From: Dipteris shenzhenensis | Lineage: Eukaryota | DNA length: 64,000 nt | Strand: one strand, 5' to 3' | NCBI GenBank assembly: GCA_047967505.1 | Contig: CM106538.1 | The notes under the pieces: model-generated | What the model was told of the DNA's origin: nothing | Seen by the model: only the letters and a program-made list of their open reading frames with translations | Databases searched by the model: none | Made by a program: the position numbers and the translations under genes | Part shown: piece by piece, positions 1-13,075 of the stretch | Layout of the letters: every line of letters begins with the position of its first letter | How positions within the stretch are numbered: the first letter of the stretch is position 1

Positions 1-290
1 TAGTCATGGAAGTGGATCAATCATGAGAGTGGACCAAATCCATGCCCCTCCTAAAAGAGGCAGTCGGATCTCATAGTAAGTGGGGTAGACACATAGAAAA
101 TGCTCCTCTGTCTCGACCTCCCCCAACATGCATAACCTACAAATCCGCTGCTCTCTGAGTATACCTATAGCTCTCCCTTCATCAATTCTCAGCTGATGGG
201 AGGAGACCCGCATCTGTCAAGACACATGCAAGAGCATGTGTGAATGGTAAGAAGATCGGGCGCATCATGGGTGATCCATGCCTATTATAG
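1..290 (-). mobile_element. 5'-truncated LINE fragment (RTE-X/L2-like, C-terminal zinc-finger region), running off the window start
   Basis: ORF 4..213 MRVSSHQLRIDEGR...RICRLCMLGEVETEEHFLCVYPTYYEIR closely matches the LINE C-terminus at 47742..48272 (RVSSHRLRIESGR...RICTLCDIQEVETEEHFIFRCPVYYEIR). The 290 boundary is approximate. Confidence 0.85.
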
Positions 291-1565
291 TAGGCTTTGC
301 CTTAGATACACATACAAAGGGGTTTAAGACTTGAAAGATCAAAGCATGGTGGTCATTCAAGGGACGTGCCCAATAATTCTCAGACTTACTCTCATACGTT
401 TACAGCAAAGCGAGCTGATAACTTTTGACTCAAAATGCCCATAATATGCACAATGATCAATCCATCTTCTTCTAGAACTCCTTTAATCAAACCAGGTCGC
501 TGGTTGCAACACCACTAGGGACTCCAAAAGAGCCAAGGGGAGATGAGAACAGTTCTAACTTCGAGCAGCAAATCTCTGATTCGATTGGCCTTCAATTGGA
601 ACAGTTATGCGGCCACAAAGCTACCGCAAAAACTTAAGAATAGTGCCATAGATGTCCTCAATTCCTCAGATCCATGGTCAGATGTTCTCAAGTGAGCAGC
701 AATGAGAGTTCCAAGCCCAGCACTTTGTCGCTTTGATCCATCAAGTCCGAGGTAACCCCAAAACCATTACCCGATTTCGGTGCATCAAGTTTTTGTTATC
801 TAGCGACCTCTATGTTCTGCACTCAGAGAGACGTATAGGCAGAGGTGTGTACTGGTGGTACCTGGCAATCCGGTGCCCCAGGTCCAAACTCAATAAGTTT
901 GAGCCCGTCTAACCAGAACAGCCATCATGGCTCTTGGAGTTGACCAAGTCCAGAGAGTACCATTCTTGGGTTGGACCTCCGTTAACTACTACAACGTGAG
1001 TAGACATTGAGGCCCTGACCCAACCATCATCATGGTATCTGAAAATGCAAGGAAAACTCTGAAAAGAAAATTTAAAGAAATTTATTAGAAGGATACTTGT
1101 GAAGGTGTGTGTTGGTAGGCAAAGTAGGATCTGCCATAATTGAAGCAGCCATTGCGATAGGTGATGAATAGAAGTGTAGACACATCCAATTCGAGGGGTC
1201 TATAGGATATTGGAGAGTTGAAATTCTCAAGGTTGTAGGCAGCCAATGTTGGGAGGGTGAGGTGGTCATGTAATAAGGACTAGTGTGGTCCTCTCTAACT
1301 CGTGTGATTTTTGCTTTAGCTCCAAACAGCTTTTCGACTATCACCTCGTTCTTACCAGCTGATAGATGATGGTAGTAACTACCAAGTGCTCCTGCCAGAA
1401 TACCCCAAGCACATTCATTTTTCGTCTCCCATAATTGTACCTTCTTCGTCAGTTTTAGACACGATGGATCACAAGCCTTTCTCCATGAAGTAGAGACAAA
1501 ATGCCCGACTTAAAGGTGGAAGTCGGACTATCACTGCTGCTCTCACGTATAGCCTCCATAACACT
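290..1565 (-). pseudogene. Candidate endogenous totivirus-like capsid (Gag) fragment, decayed
   Basis: Minus-strand peptides, across frameshifts and stops: VMEAIR..TSWR, YHDDGWV..GPTQEW, PDCQVPPVHTSAYT, ANRI, VLEEDGLII. They occur in the same order as recalled ScV-L-A Gag motifs VLNELR..TSWR, YHDGHV..GPTQFAW, PSIDVPYLDVRPLT, HNRL, LLSGDAALI. By-eye comparison only. Confidence 0.5.
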
Positions 1566-1684
1566 TGAATCTTGCTTCTGAAGTTTGTTTGATGCGAAGA
1601 TTGGTAATATGTCAAGCAGTCTTGAATGTTTTGTCATGTGCAAGCTGTGAAGGTACTGTTCTCAACATTGAAATGGGCTTACAG

Positions 1685-1745
1685 GTACAAGAGAGATTTG
1701 ATAATCTCAAAAGACGGAGAATCCCCACAGATTTTACAGAACAAG
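1685..1745 (+). CDS. ZMAT2: Zinc finger matrin-type protein 2 (Snu23), internal coding exon
   Basis: cag|GTACAA...GAACAAG|gtatg encodes VQERFDNLKRRRIPTDFTEQ, matching plant ZMAT2 VQERFE.LKKRK.PG.FTEQ. No upstream exons were found in the window. Confidence 0.9.
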
Positions 1746-2445
1746 GTATGTGTGGCCAATCTAAGTGTGTACAACTCAAGCTGGGAGAACTTAATTTATG
1801 AAGGTCTTCATCTATGATAGAAAGCTGCAAAATCTGTTAAGAAAGAATTGTAAATATTTGACTTTTAATAAGTTCATGACTCCGTAGTAGACATCGTATT
1901 AGATAATTACTAGTTTTGTGTGCTGTCTTTCATGAACTGAAGATTTGTGAACCCAACAAACAAATGTAGAAGTAGACCTGTGAAAGACTTGTAGGTATAC
2001 AGTTCTAGTCGTCTGAGTACTCTATGGGTAGGTATAGTGATGCTAACAAGTGATTTGCTTCCAACAAGTGATTTTGTTTCAAGTATTATCCTATCAGTAG
2101 GAATCAGCTCTATTTTCTTCCATAGCAACAAGGGTGTTGGTTGTGAACTGTTCCAGTCTTCTATGGCCTAAATGACAATTATGTTGTGAGGCCGAGAGGT
2201 TTGTATCACTCTTACTCTTTTACTGTTACAAGGCAATTTCATAACATGAATGAAGCAAAACCATAGGCACAAACTCCATTTTAACTGGTTAAAGTAATTT
2301 CATTTCTAGTAATCCTTCAAGGCGTCGCCTCATTTCTTTATCTTTCTATACTTAAAGCTCTTTGATACTCTGACCACAAATTCTTTATGAGGAGTATGCT
2401 TACATTTCTCCTCTGTGTTAAGAAAGCTCAACCATGTTTTTACAG

Positions 2446-2528
2446 ACTTAGATAATCGAATCTTGAAACAACAACAAGAGGAAGAAGAAAGGAAAAGACA
2501 ACGTCGAGAAAGAAAGAAGGAGAAGAAG
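2446..2528 (+). CDS. ZMAT2: ZMAT2 penultimate coding exon
   Basis: tacag|AC...AAG|gtaaat. Splices in phase to give DLDNRILKQQQEEEERKRQRRERKKEKK. Confidence 0.92.
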
Positions 2529-3698
2529 GTAAATTGTTGCAATTATTTACTGTTTTTTCTGCACTCAATTTCTTTAGTGTGGTTTTGGTCAAAGTTGTCG
2601 TGAGGTTTTTTTCTGAGTCTTCCTGGGTCCTGGCTTGAAGCAAGAGCGACAGCATAGCAAGCGAAACTTCCATGTCTTTCACCTAAGATCGGGGTTCTTT
2701 GTAATATGTGACACGAGCCGAAATATTTCAGATTTGAGAGGATAGCGCCGAGGTTGAGCTTTAAGCCTGATTTTTTTCCTTTGTAATCCTCTACAGGCCC
2801 ATTGCTGAAGGACACATTTTCTGAGAGTAATTACATCAATCTCTAGCATTGCTGCATGTGATATGTAACCTGATTGTAATGATGCTTCTTGGTCCTCTAT
2901 GCGTTATTCAAGCCTTCCTGTAGGTGGCTGATCACGACCATGAATAGATTATAGAACCTGGTTTATCATGTCCCAGGATGTGTAACAGTTTTCAAGGGAT
3001 TGTCTCTAGTGCTAGGAATGGAACTGTGATGGGCAGTCGGAATGGCCTGGAAGATGCTAAACTACAGGATTTTGTTTCAGGATGAGGGTCAGTGTTAATA
3101 TGTGGAGTTAATAGTCTTAGGTTATAAATAAAAGGTAACAATGTGGAAGAGGAAGGGCGGCTTCAGAGTGGCTGAATGGTAGACATCAGATTATTCTGTG
3201 TATGTTAATTAAAGATGCAGCTTTGTCTTTTCTTTGCATGTAGAGAACCACAAAAGTAACACAGAAACGTAGGAATATGGTGCAATATTGAAAGGGAAGT
3301 AAGGTGGACAAGTAGCAATGAGCCCTTGTACTTCGTTTGGTGCCAGCAACAGTTAAATATTGAAACTTCCTGGATGATTTGTTGTGTAAAAGCATGTACC
3401 AGTCCTGTTACCACTGGAAGTTGCTTATAAGATCGCATAAATTTTCAGAAGCCCGAAGCTACCTATGACTGCACTCGAAGCCTTATTGCATGATCTTTGG
3501 ACAAAATATTTTACTGGATCTTGCCATCTTTCTTGAATTGATGGTTTATAAGATTTGAAAAAAGGGAAATCGGTGTACTCCTTTGTATGGGTCTCAGTTA
3601 CCCAGAATTGACTGAGATCCAGAATTGTTGAGTCTGTGCTTTAGATGTGTAGTCAAGCAGAGGTCTTGATTTGACCTACCCCTCTCTTGTGCATGCAG

Positions 3699-3794
3699 AA
3701 AGAGAAAGCCGTTGAAGAGGACTTGCCAGAGGATTTGGATTCTGAAATGGCAGCAATGATGGGGTTTGGTGGATTTGGATCTACAAAGAAATGA
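3699..3794 (+). CDS. ZMAT2: ZMAT2 last coding exon
   Basis: tgcag|KEKAVEEDLPEDLDSEMAAMMGFGGFGSTKK*, carrying the MMGFGGFG C-terminal motif of ZMAT2. Confidence 0.92.
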   Translation, partial: KEKAVEEDLPEDLDSEMAAMMGFGGFGSTKK

Positions 3795-4249
3795 AAGAAG
3801 GCTTCTCTTAATGAAACGGATCTGCCAAGCTTGAAAATTAATACTTCTTTTGTTTGCATTATACACACCATTTGTTGTAGGATTTAATGATGTTCAAAGG
3901 ACATCTTTCTTGTAAAATATGCTTTCAAAGTACTAAATAATTGTTATGGCATTACATTGATCTTGAGGACAACCTGCCAGTTGTGTGACAATAGCTGCTA
4001 CTATCGGCAAACAATTTGAGCTAAAGTCTCGTAGCTACCAAACAGTGTGTGTATTCGAATGATCTATGATTTGGTTTTAAAAAGCCTAAATTGAAGGTCC
4101 TCTGGTCTTTTTCCGAAATATCAAAGCTTGAAAGAGTTTGTAAACTTCTGGTGCAATCCAAGGTTTAAGAACATTTTGTGTTGATCTACATGGTGTGTTA
4201 ATCTTTGCGGATTTTCCTCTTGCATCTACTTCGAGTCCTGAACAGAAAC

Positions 4250-6400
4250 AAATCCTTATCGTGGTGAGATAGGCATCCATGCTGTCCCCTTCATACATCT
4301 TAACATTATCCAGTTGCCTGCATAAATAGGCAACCCGGGACTCATTGCGAATCTGATAAAAAGTGGCCAAATTATCCCATACATCCTTGGTTGTCTCAAT
4401 GCAATGAGCTGGCTGCTCCAAAGCTAACTGCAAATCTGCAAATGCCAACCCAAAAATGACAGCAAAAGTTTTCAAATGTAAATGCCAAGTAGGTTGCTCA
4501 AACACTAATCAAAATGCACAATCTGTCCCCAAAATGACTTGCAAAAAATAATTATATTCAATCAAAGGACCCCCTTGCAATTAGTTGTCGTGCACATGAG
4601 CAACCCAAGTCAAAGGGCAAATATCTGCAAATCTGTCCAAGGCAATCAAAGCAAATCTGTCCACAAATACTAGCTTAATGTCCCTACAAAGCAACTTCCT
4701 GGGCACGAGAGTCAAATGGAGTGCACAAGCAGCAAAAGCCCTAAATTTTGAAGGGCAAATTATATAGATGCAAGAAAATCCCAAGTTTAATTGAATCAAG
4801 ATAATGTCAGTTCTGCAAATTGAGCAAAAGCCCCAAATTTAGAGGGGGCAAATATGCAAAAAAGAGGGCAAATGTTGAAAAGCCCAAGATTAATCTACAA
4901 TATTGCAAATCTAACCAAATCTATGCAATTTCTTGCCAATGTCATCAAGAAACCCAATTTCATTTAACCAAATCTATGCAATTTCTTGCCAATGTCATCA
5001 AGAAACCCAATTTCATTTAACCAAATCTATGCAATTTCTTGCCAATGTCATTGGGAAACCCAATTTCATGTCATTGCTATCAAGGCAAATGTGACAAAAT
5101 AACATACAAATCTAAAAGTAAGTTGCAATCTGCCTGCAATAGAACCAAAAGCCCCAAATGTCACAAATTAAATCCCAAATAGCTTGAATTTGCACCAAAT
5201 GGGTTCGATTTGCAACACAAACTTGCCAATTATTGAACGTACAGTGCTTGTAGGGGAGTGTATGAAGGTTATACACAATTATTTGGTGATTGTACAGATT
5301 ACTTGTATAGGCGAAATCCCAACTTGATGCAAGTTGTACGGAGGATTTGTACGATGTTGTATGTATGGTTGCATCAAGCATTTGTAAAACTTTTGTAAGC
5401 TAGACGAAATTCTTTTGTAGGATGTAAGGAGTACATTTGCGATCTATTCGAATAGTTTGAGATTCGTACAAGACTTGTACGAACAAGATGTATAGCTGTG
5501 TGATGCTTCCAAATGGGTATGCAAACAAGATATAGTGACGCAAGTTCTTACACAATGCAAATGGACCAAATATTCACGCTTTATGATGTGTAGTGCAGAT
5601 GTACAAGTGTTTGAATGAACTTGTACGAACTTGAAGATGGACAATGGAGCAACAGATGGTGCATACTTTTGAATTTGGCCTGAAGGAAATGCCTATGCCA
5701 AAATTAGATAACCCGCTTTGATACCAATGTTGGAGCAATGGAATGGAGATGGAATGCAAGGGAGCAAGAAACAAGTTGATGAAAATGAAGTACTTAAAAT
5801 GGATAATGAGAAAGTACAAGTGTGGCCATTAGAGGGACCTAAAGTCAACTAGTTGACGAAGACGAGGACGAAATGTCCTAACTAGCTTGCAAGACCAGAC
5901 TAGGGCTAGATGCTAACAGGTGACCTGATTGGGTAGGGTGGTGTGTGCTTCTCATCACTTTCATCAATTGGTCCTACATTTATTGTGGAAACTTATTATT
6001 GGTATAAGAGCAATTCGAGATTGTGAGGTGGGCTAGCTAAACCATAGTTGTGTGTAGTGCACTTGAACTAGGAAAGCATTGGTTGAAGCTTATTGATGAA
6101 TAATTTGGTTGACGCTTCAAATTGGCTAATGGGTACCTCTTACAGGGCGTTGATGGAGCAATCGTTCATGTGGGTGGATGAACCAATTGTTCATAGTCAT
6201 CTATAATTGACTGTTGTTGAAGCATAACAAAGCGGCAAGTATATGATGAAGTGTTAGCTGCAACTGGTTGTGCAACACCTTATGTGGACGAGACGATATC
6301 TTCTATTGGTTTTCTGTGGATGTGACGTAATAGCACATAACATGGGTTGATGTATGAACAACATCATGGACTATGTATTCAGTCAGACTGTAGAGCTTTG
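4250..6400 (-). mobile_element. Truncated Copia-type LTR retrotransposon: LTR remnant, PBS, leader and gag fragment
   Basis: On the minus strand ...CCAACA ends an LTR at 5728 and is followed by PBS TGGTATCAAAGC (5715-5726, tRNA-iMet type). Gag (UBN2-like) peptide TTKDVWDNLATFYQIRNESRVAYLCRQLDNVKMYEGDSMDAYL lies at about 4250-4400. The outer LTR boundary is uncertain. Confidence 0.7.
4913..5070. repeat. Tandem repeat, 53-bp unit, about 3 copies
   Basis: aaccaaatctatgcaatttcttgccaatgtcatcaagaaacccaatttcattt repeated near-perfectly. Confidence 0.9.
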
Positions 6401-6407
6401 CATAGCA

Positions 6408-6896
6408 TGTTAGGTGGGCAATCTATTTGACAGATGGTGTGGCAGATAACCACATGTGCAGGTTGGCAGGTCATGTGGCAGATAGCCACATGTGCAGGTT
6501 GACAGATGGTGCAGCAGATATCCACATGTGCAAGGTTGGCAGGTCATGTGACAAGTTGGGTTTGGCAAACTATCTATTGGACAGCCAACTTTCCCTATTG
6601 AAAGTTGCACTCTCCTCTCCATCCTACTTTACTACAGTTTCGGAGAGAAAGAAAAGGCAGTTGTGCCCAACACTTGTAGCACACAATCATTCACATGTCG
6701 TGTCTTAGGAGTGTGTCAAGTAGGAGAGCATGGTCGCTTGTTTGATCTTATGACGGAGCTTCTAGTTTTCAATTTTGGGCAACATCTATACATGTCTCTT
6801 TTTTCCTCTCTCTAACTCACAAGTGTGTGAATGTTTCTTGGTGCTTTCATTTTCATGCATTTATGCATGGTGATACTTCTCACATGGTGTCAAAGC
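6408..6896 (+). mobile_element. LTR plus PBS of a decayed LTR retrotransposon
   Basis: Starts TGTTAG and ends CTCACA at 6884, followed by PBS-like TGGTGTCAAAGC. Contains internal subrepeats gtggcagatagccacatgtgcaggttg. Confidence 0.65.
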
Positions 6897-9800
6897 CAAG
6901 TGGGTTCCCTTGCAAAGAAGGCAATCGAAGAATTTGGGATTAGCTAGGGTCACTAGATACTCAGTTGTACATCATCTGAGGGATAAGAATTTTATAAGGG
7001 GAAACTAGGATGAGGTGATAATCATCTTTGTGCTAACCTCCACTTGTCCTCACAGATGCTCTGTAGGGGAAGGGTCCAAGGAGGTGAGTCATCCACTCTT
7101 GACTAAGGACATAGGATTATATTTATGTGGAACATGGGGCTAAAGATTGTCTCACCCCATTACAGATATTAGGCAAAGATACTCCCTTCCACTTCTGCAT
7201 GTGATATTCCAATTAATGTGGGAAGAATTGGCTATAAAATGAATCTCTTGCTTGATGTAATATGCTTTGACATCTATAGTCTCCCACATATCCTTCATTA
7301 TTTTGGTGCTAAACGGTACACTTTTTATTTATGCCTTTACCTCCTTAACTCATTTACTTTCTTGTTTGGAATTTTTGTTTATAACTATTGCATGCCTCAC
7401 ATCATCATGAATAAGCACAAATGACGTTATTGCTTCCTAGTGGTCAAGAGTAGATGACGGTGATTTTAGTGGCAAGAAAACACCAACTGCATGACCAAAG
7501 TTAAAGCTCACCACTATTGAGCTTTACAAATCATCATCCTAAGGGGAACCTTCCTTGAGCTTGGAGAATCATTTAGATAGTAAGGCAATAGACCTAACTC
7601 ACATATTTGGGTCAACTCTAGAGGTCCTTACCACTCATTTACTCTTAGGGAAAAGCAAGCAAACCAGATACATAGTGTTTCCTTCTTTCTCCTTTTGCCT
7701 GAGGTGTAGCAAGCTTCCATGCTCACCTTTCCACCTTTTTCGATTCCAACATATTAAATAGTCAAATCATTGAGAGTAGTTGTACTAGAATCTAATATGT
7801 CTCTTAGGAAAATCTCTCTAGTATTCCAACTTAAGTACATTTCTCTAGTCTTAAGGTGACACCTTGCCTTGTCCTTACCCATTATGCTTAACCACTAAAT
7901 TTCATATTTAAACAAGACTATTCTCTCCCACCAAGGATCTCCGTATATTTGACAGCAATGTGTCCATCAAATTATTCATCCCTAAAGGGACCTCTCCTCC
8001 ATTGGGCCCCATTACTTACATAGATCAAGCATTGAGGCCCACTTTGTTTATTCTTTTAGGAGAATAACTTGAGAGTCCCATCATCATCCAACTCAACTTT
8101 CCATTAGTTTGTCCTCTAGGAGAATAACTTGTTTAATATTTTAGGAGAATAGCTTGAGAGCGCCTTCATCATCAAATCAACATTCCATTACTTCAATCTA
8201 ACTTTGAATGCTCCCAATCTATTTCAATCCTCAAACAATTATTTCTTTATGAGATATATCCCCCTCCAGCTTTGTCATGTAATAATTTCCCCAATTTAGC
8301 ATGGAGTCATTCTACATCTTTACAAAATAATTCATAAATCTCATTTGAGCCATTAATGTCAATATAGATAGAATCCTTCATCTTGATCTTGAAAATACTA
8401 TGCAACCTACCATTTCTTTTGAATCAAGGTTACTACATCAAAAATTCATGTGACATCTTTTTCAAAACATAGGTGCAATTGCACTCTATTTAGATGTATC
8501 ACGTCTACTTCAAAGGCAAACCCTTAAACAAGACAATCTCAAATGACACGTCTTGAGTATATCCATGTTGTGTGTCAACTACATGACTCCTCAGCATTCA
8601 CGGGATGAGACTAAGGAAGACAAAATGACAAGAAAAGCTCACGAAAGAATCCTTTGCTTAGTAGAAACCTTTTGATCTTCAAGCATACTTGCAATAATGA
8701 AGTTCCTAGGACAATGAGTTTTTTCTAAATCGATAATATTTGTGTTTCTCTCAATCATTTGAGGAGTCTCTTATTGAAGTCTCCATCAATGTTTTGGCCC
8801 TTCTGGTTTACCACTTTTGCATGCATCTACAACTAGCTTTTTAAAGGAGGCCTTGAGTTGATTCCCTGAGTAAGAAATTCCTCCTCTCACTCAAGGATGT
8901 CTATTGTCGCTTCTCACCTTGATTTCTCTTGATATATCCATTCTTCTCAACTTTTTGCCATGGGTTTTTTTCATCATTTTATTAGAAGGGATCCACGTCC
9001 TCCCTTTTGCCTCATCCTTCTTTTTGTCATGATACATGCATGTAGCCTTTTAACCCTTTTAGCTCCTCCACTCTTCTTGTACTTGTAATCCTATTGACCA
9101 TATGAAGAATCCTCCTCCACGCTTTGTTCTTGGACTAGCTTGGAAGGGCAATTTCTTACAAAATAACCTTCCTCCTTGCAAATTAAACACGAATTTTGGG
9201 GAACAACTCAAATTTGACTTCCTATGTGATGTCAACCAAGAGTCTTCTATAGACAATAACCAACAAAGGACCACTTCTCATAGGATCACACATAACAAAT
9301 ATAAACTCTCTCTACTCTTGGAATAATTAGTGCAAAAGTATGCCCTTATATCAATTCCAATTTGGTAGAGAACAATTTTTCTCTAAACTGTCTTTTTGTC
9401 TGCATCTCATATTTCCTTCTTATCTTCTCATCATCCTCTTGATACTCCAATCTCATAATGTTTCGATACTTCAAATCTCATTTCCCTTTAAGATTTTTCT
9501 CTCTTCTAACTTGACATCCTAGTGATACTTCAGTCTTATCTTCTCATCCTCTTGATACTTCAATCTCATCTCTTTTTCATTTTTTTGGCCTGCCTATGCT
9601 GACATTGTGTCTAAATTGGTGATTAAGTCATTGTTTCAGCATTACATACAAGTTGTTTAAGAGTAGCACATCGAATGCCTATTGACATTGCTTTAGGGGA
9701 GGCAACTCACTTATATGATGTAGAAACTTCATCTATTACTAGATAGTTATGTGCTTGTTCCTTACACTAGATCAAACATATTAGAGTCCTCAATGTCTTC

Positions 9801-10509
9801 GCATTTGGTTGTTTCATATAAGGTTCATTAATAAATGATATAGGATTGACCACAATCATTGCAGGTAGTCAAGTCTTTTGTCTTCTCCTCCAATTGAGCA
9901 CACCTTATTTAGAAATACTATACAAGGTGTCTCCTCCTTGCATTTGAATTTGTGCTTCTTATCATTTGGCCATTCTCATTCTCTTAGCTTCTTCATGTAT
10001 TTGTTTTGTAATTGTGCTTCTAGGTCACCCACTAATGAAAGGAAGTGAATTGCATAGCTAGCGGAGTCCTTTTGAGGCCTCTTATGTATGTATTCTACTA
10101 CCGCATGGAAGCATGCTCTTGTTGCTTCATTCAATCATTTTCAACTTCTTGTTTCCTTAAAATCTATCACTTGGGGTTTGATTCATGATTCTTGTCTATC
10201 TACACAAGTATCATTGAATTGTGTCACTTTTTGGTACCTATTGTTATGAACATGTTGCAAAGTCTTGCTTTCTTGGGGCTTTTTACACACACTTAGCAAT
10301 AAAATTGTGAAAGTCACTCTTAGTTGGCTCCTTCCCCTATTGGGTAGCACAACATAAAGGGGTTGATGTATTGGTAGAGTACTCAGCTCAATATTATACC
10401 TAGACTCTGGGACAACAAAGCGCATCATATTGTCTTGATTGCTTGAATTATTATAGAGTGTTCCAAGCACTAAGGAAAGTTCGTTCAAGAGATTTCAATG
10501 GGACTTAAT

Positions 10510-11557
10510 TGTAACCTTTAGATTGCTAGCTCAATCATGTAGCATAGTCTCTAAAGGGAGGGAGAGATAATGGCACCTTGGAGACATTAGAAAAATGCTA
10601 GTCCCAAGGACTGTCAACGAGAAAAGAAACCAACACACGCCGTCAGGCGACAGGCCATGGCGATGCTCAAGAGCCATGGGGGAGAGGGAGGGAGAGTGAG
10701 AAAGCGATAGCATGGGTGGGGGAAAAGTAGAGGTGTGGAGATGAAGAAAGAGGCTATGTCACTAGAGGGAAGGGGGAGGAAAATGAGAAGCATGTACTTG
10801 ATAGGGGGGGAGGGGGGGGGGCATGAGGAGATAGAGACATCAAGGAAACAAGGTCATGCTTTATTGAAAGGGAGGATGGGAAATTAAATGCTAGAGTGGT
10901 GGCTATACAAGAATGAGCGTGTCGCATCAAGAAATATTCCCTCCTTTTTATAAGCAAAGGAAGGGGGCTCCCCTCATAAATGCATCCTCCCACGTGCATG
11001 GCATGGGTGGAGGCCTCTCCCGTGTGATCTTGGCGGTGCACATCCTCAATAGCATGCGACAATTTCCTCCCCTCAAAAATCAAACCTTCTTATCCTAAGT
11101 CTAAGAGGTCCCATGGCTCCATCTCAATATTATAATGCCTAGGAGGGCAAGTGGACAGTTGGCACAAAGACCCTCATCCTACTTTTCCCGTATGGAAATA
11201 TTATTTCTTGGACTATACATCACCACTGCATATGGGACTAGTCCACATGGATGAGAGTCCAAGATCCTCTAACACCTCAAACAATTTAATACTATATATC
11301 CCATTGACCTTGGCCATATCTCAATTAATGTTTGCATGGGACCGCCTAGGTGGAGGGGTGGCACATGGTATTTCTTACCATCTCATCATACAATATTATT
11401 TATGCCTTGGAATATGTACAACACACTTATAGTTCCTCTTACATGGAAGGGTGGCACATGGACTTGCCCTACCACCACAACCTTGGACTCTCGCACACTA
11501 TATTTTATGCTACTAATGCCACAAACATTCACACTCACATTTATTTAAATTATTCAC
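10510..11557 (-). mobile_element. Gypsy-family LTR (solo or partial), same family as 14532-15524
   Basis: About 1 kb of colinear similarity to 14532-15524 (catggcgatgctc..., caagaatgagcgtg, tggagggtggcacatgg subrepeats). The minus-strand end reads GTTACA at 10510. Confidence 0.7.
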
Positions 11558-12894
11558 GTTGGGAATTTTTTTTCTTAATAGTACCCAAATGCTACTTGGA
11601 GACAAAAGAAAAAACTAGCCCACTAAGCACCCCAAGATCCATGTTACAACCTAATTTTTGCATATACTTAACTCAAGCCCTATTGAAGATATTAAGGTTA
11701 ACAAGCTTCTTGGGATCTGTTTAATGAGGTTAAGGCTTTGATGTTGATTCAAACTTGTATCCAAGAATATCATGATTCCAAGGCTCATTTTCACATAAAT
11801 TAATGACTTGTGGGGGAAAATGATAGCACACTTTCATTAGCTAAAGATATTTTAAGATAGTAGCTTTACTCACTCCTAAGGCTACTTAATAGCTTGTTTG
11901 GTAAGGAATGATGATTAGACTTTTTTTGGATTTCATTTTAAATAAATTTGTTGTAATGTTCCAAGAGTGTTTGTGTCAAACACATCAAGTCACTATAAAA
12001 CTCTATTGAATTGGCAATATCAAACTACAATAGCCTCTTAAAAATAAGTCTCTAGATTAATTAGAGGATAAATCAAGCAAGGGTGAGAGCCCCCACTTCA
12101 ACAAACAATGGTATGGACATCTGAACCAAGCTTGACTCACTATATAAATAGTTTGGACAACACGCCATTAGCACCATGCTAGAAGAATATTTGGTAAGCA
12201 AGAGAGGCAACGGGGGCCATATTCAACCTTTATGTGTTCATGATCTTATTGGACTTGTTAATTCAATAGCTTTTGTGTTTGCCATATTTCAATTTTGATT
12301 TTCCTTGCAATCCATGGAAAATATGGTAGGCTTTCCTTCTTGATGAATAACATGAGGCATATACTCTCATTATTATTAGTTGTAATTGCTTAAATAGTGA
12401 GCCTATAAACTTATCATTACCCAATTTAATACAACAATCATCTTTTTTAACTCAAATTTCCTCCTTGTTCATCACAGCCATGTGTGCCTTATGTGGCTAG
12501 TGTAACAATATGCATTGCTCCTTATGGCAATATGATGCCTCTACAGCATGTGAATTCCTACATGTATTAATGCGGGTTTGATTCAATGAAGCTAGGGAAT
12601 TTTTTTAGTCATTTAGCTACAACAATTTAATTTGAAGTGAAAAGTATACCTCAAATTGTCAAAAGCTATAGTTCATGTGGGTTACTTGGTTAGAGTGAGC
12701 CTCCTTTATGGGGAGGACCACTTCATTTTGCTAGCTATTAACACTCGATCACTTCTTCATTTTGCTAGTTATCAGCTCTTGGTCACTACTTCTGAATTAT
12801 TTTAAAAGTGACACCTTGTCTCTTTAAATTGTCGATTTGAAATTCCTTATCTTAAATAATGAACATCTCAAAAGGTCTCTCTTAACATTTTCTT

Positions 12895-13075
12895 TGTTGG
12901 GTGTTGATCATGTCAGTGGGGATATCATAATAGCTAGCCCCTACTATGCACAATGAAATTTATGGTTTTCAATCTTGTGTTTGATTATCATAAGATTGAG
13001 ATTGCACAATTTGTTGTGTTTTCATAAGATGAGTTTGGGCATGTTCTTGGATCTATATATATGTATATTCTCTTC
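12895..13075 (+). repeat. Dispersed repeat (LTR-like, starts TGTTGG); other copies at 33707-33876 (+) and, split, 49043-49425 (-)
   Basis: Shared gtcagtggggatatcataatagc...tttatggttttcaatctt...gatgagtttgggcatgttc. Confidence 0.75.

Noticed and set aside
2735-2750. gaggatagcgcc resembles the 3' half of miR390
   Set aside because: No seed match, no precursor hairpin and no TAS3 layout.
4913-5070. Regular direct repeats, CRISPR-like at first glance
   Set aside because: Contiguous tandem units without unique spacers, in eukaryotic TE context, with no cas genes.
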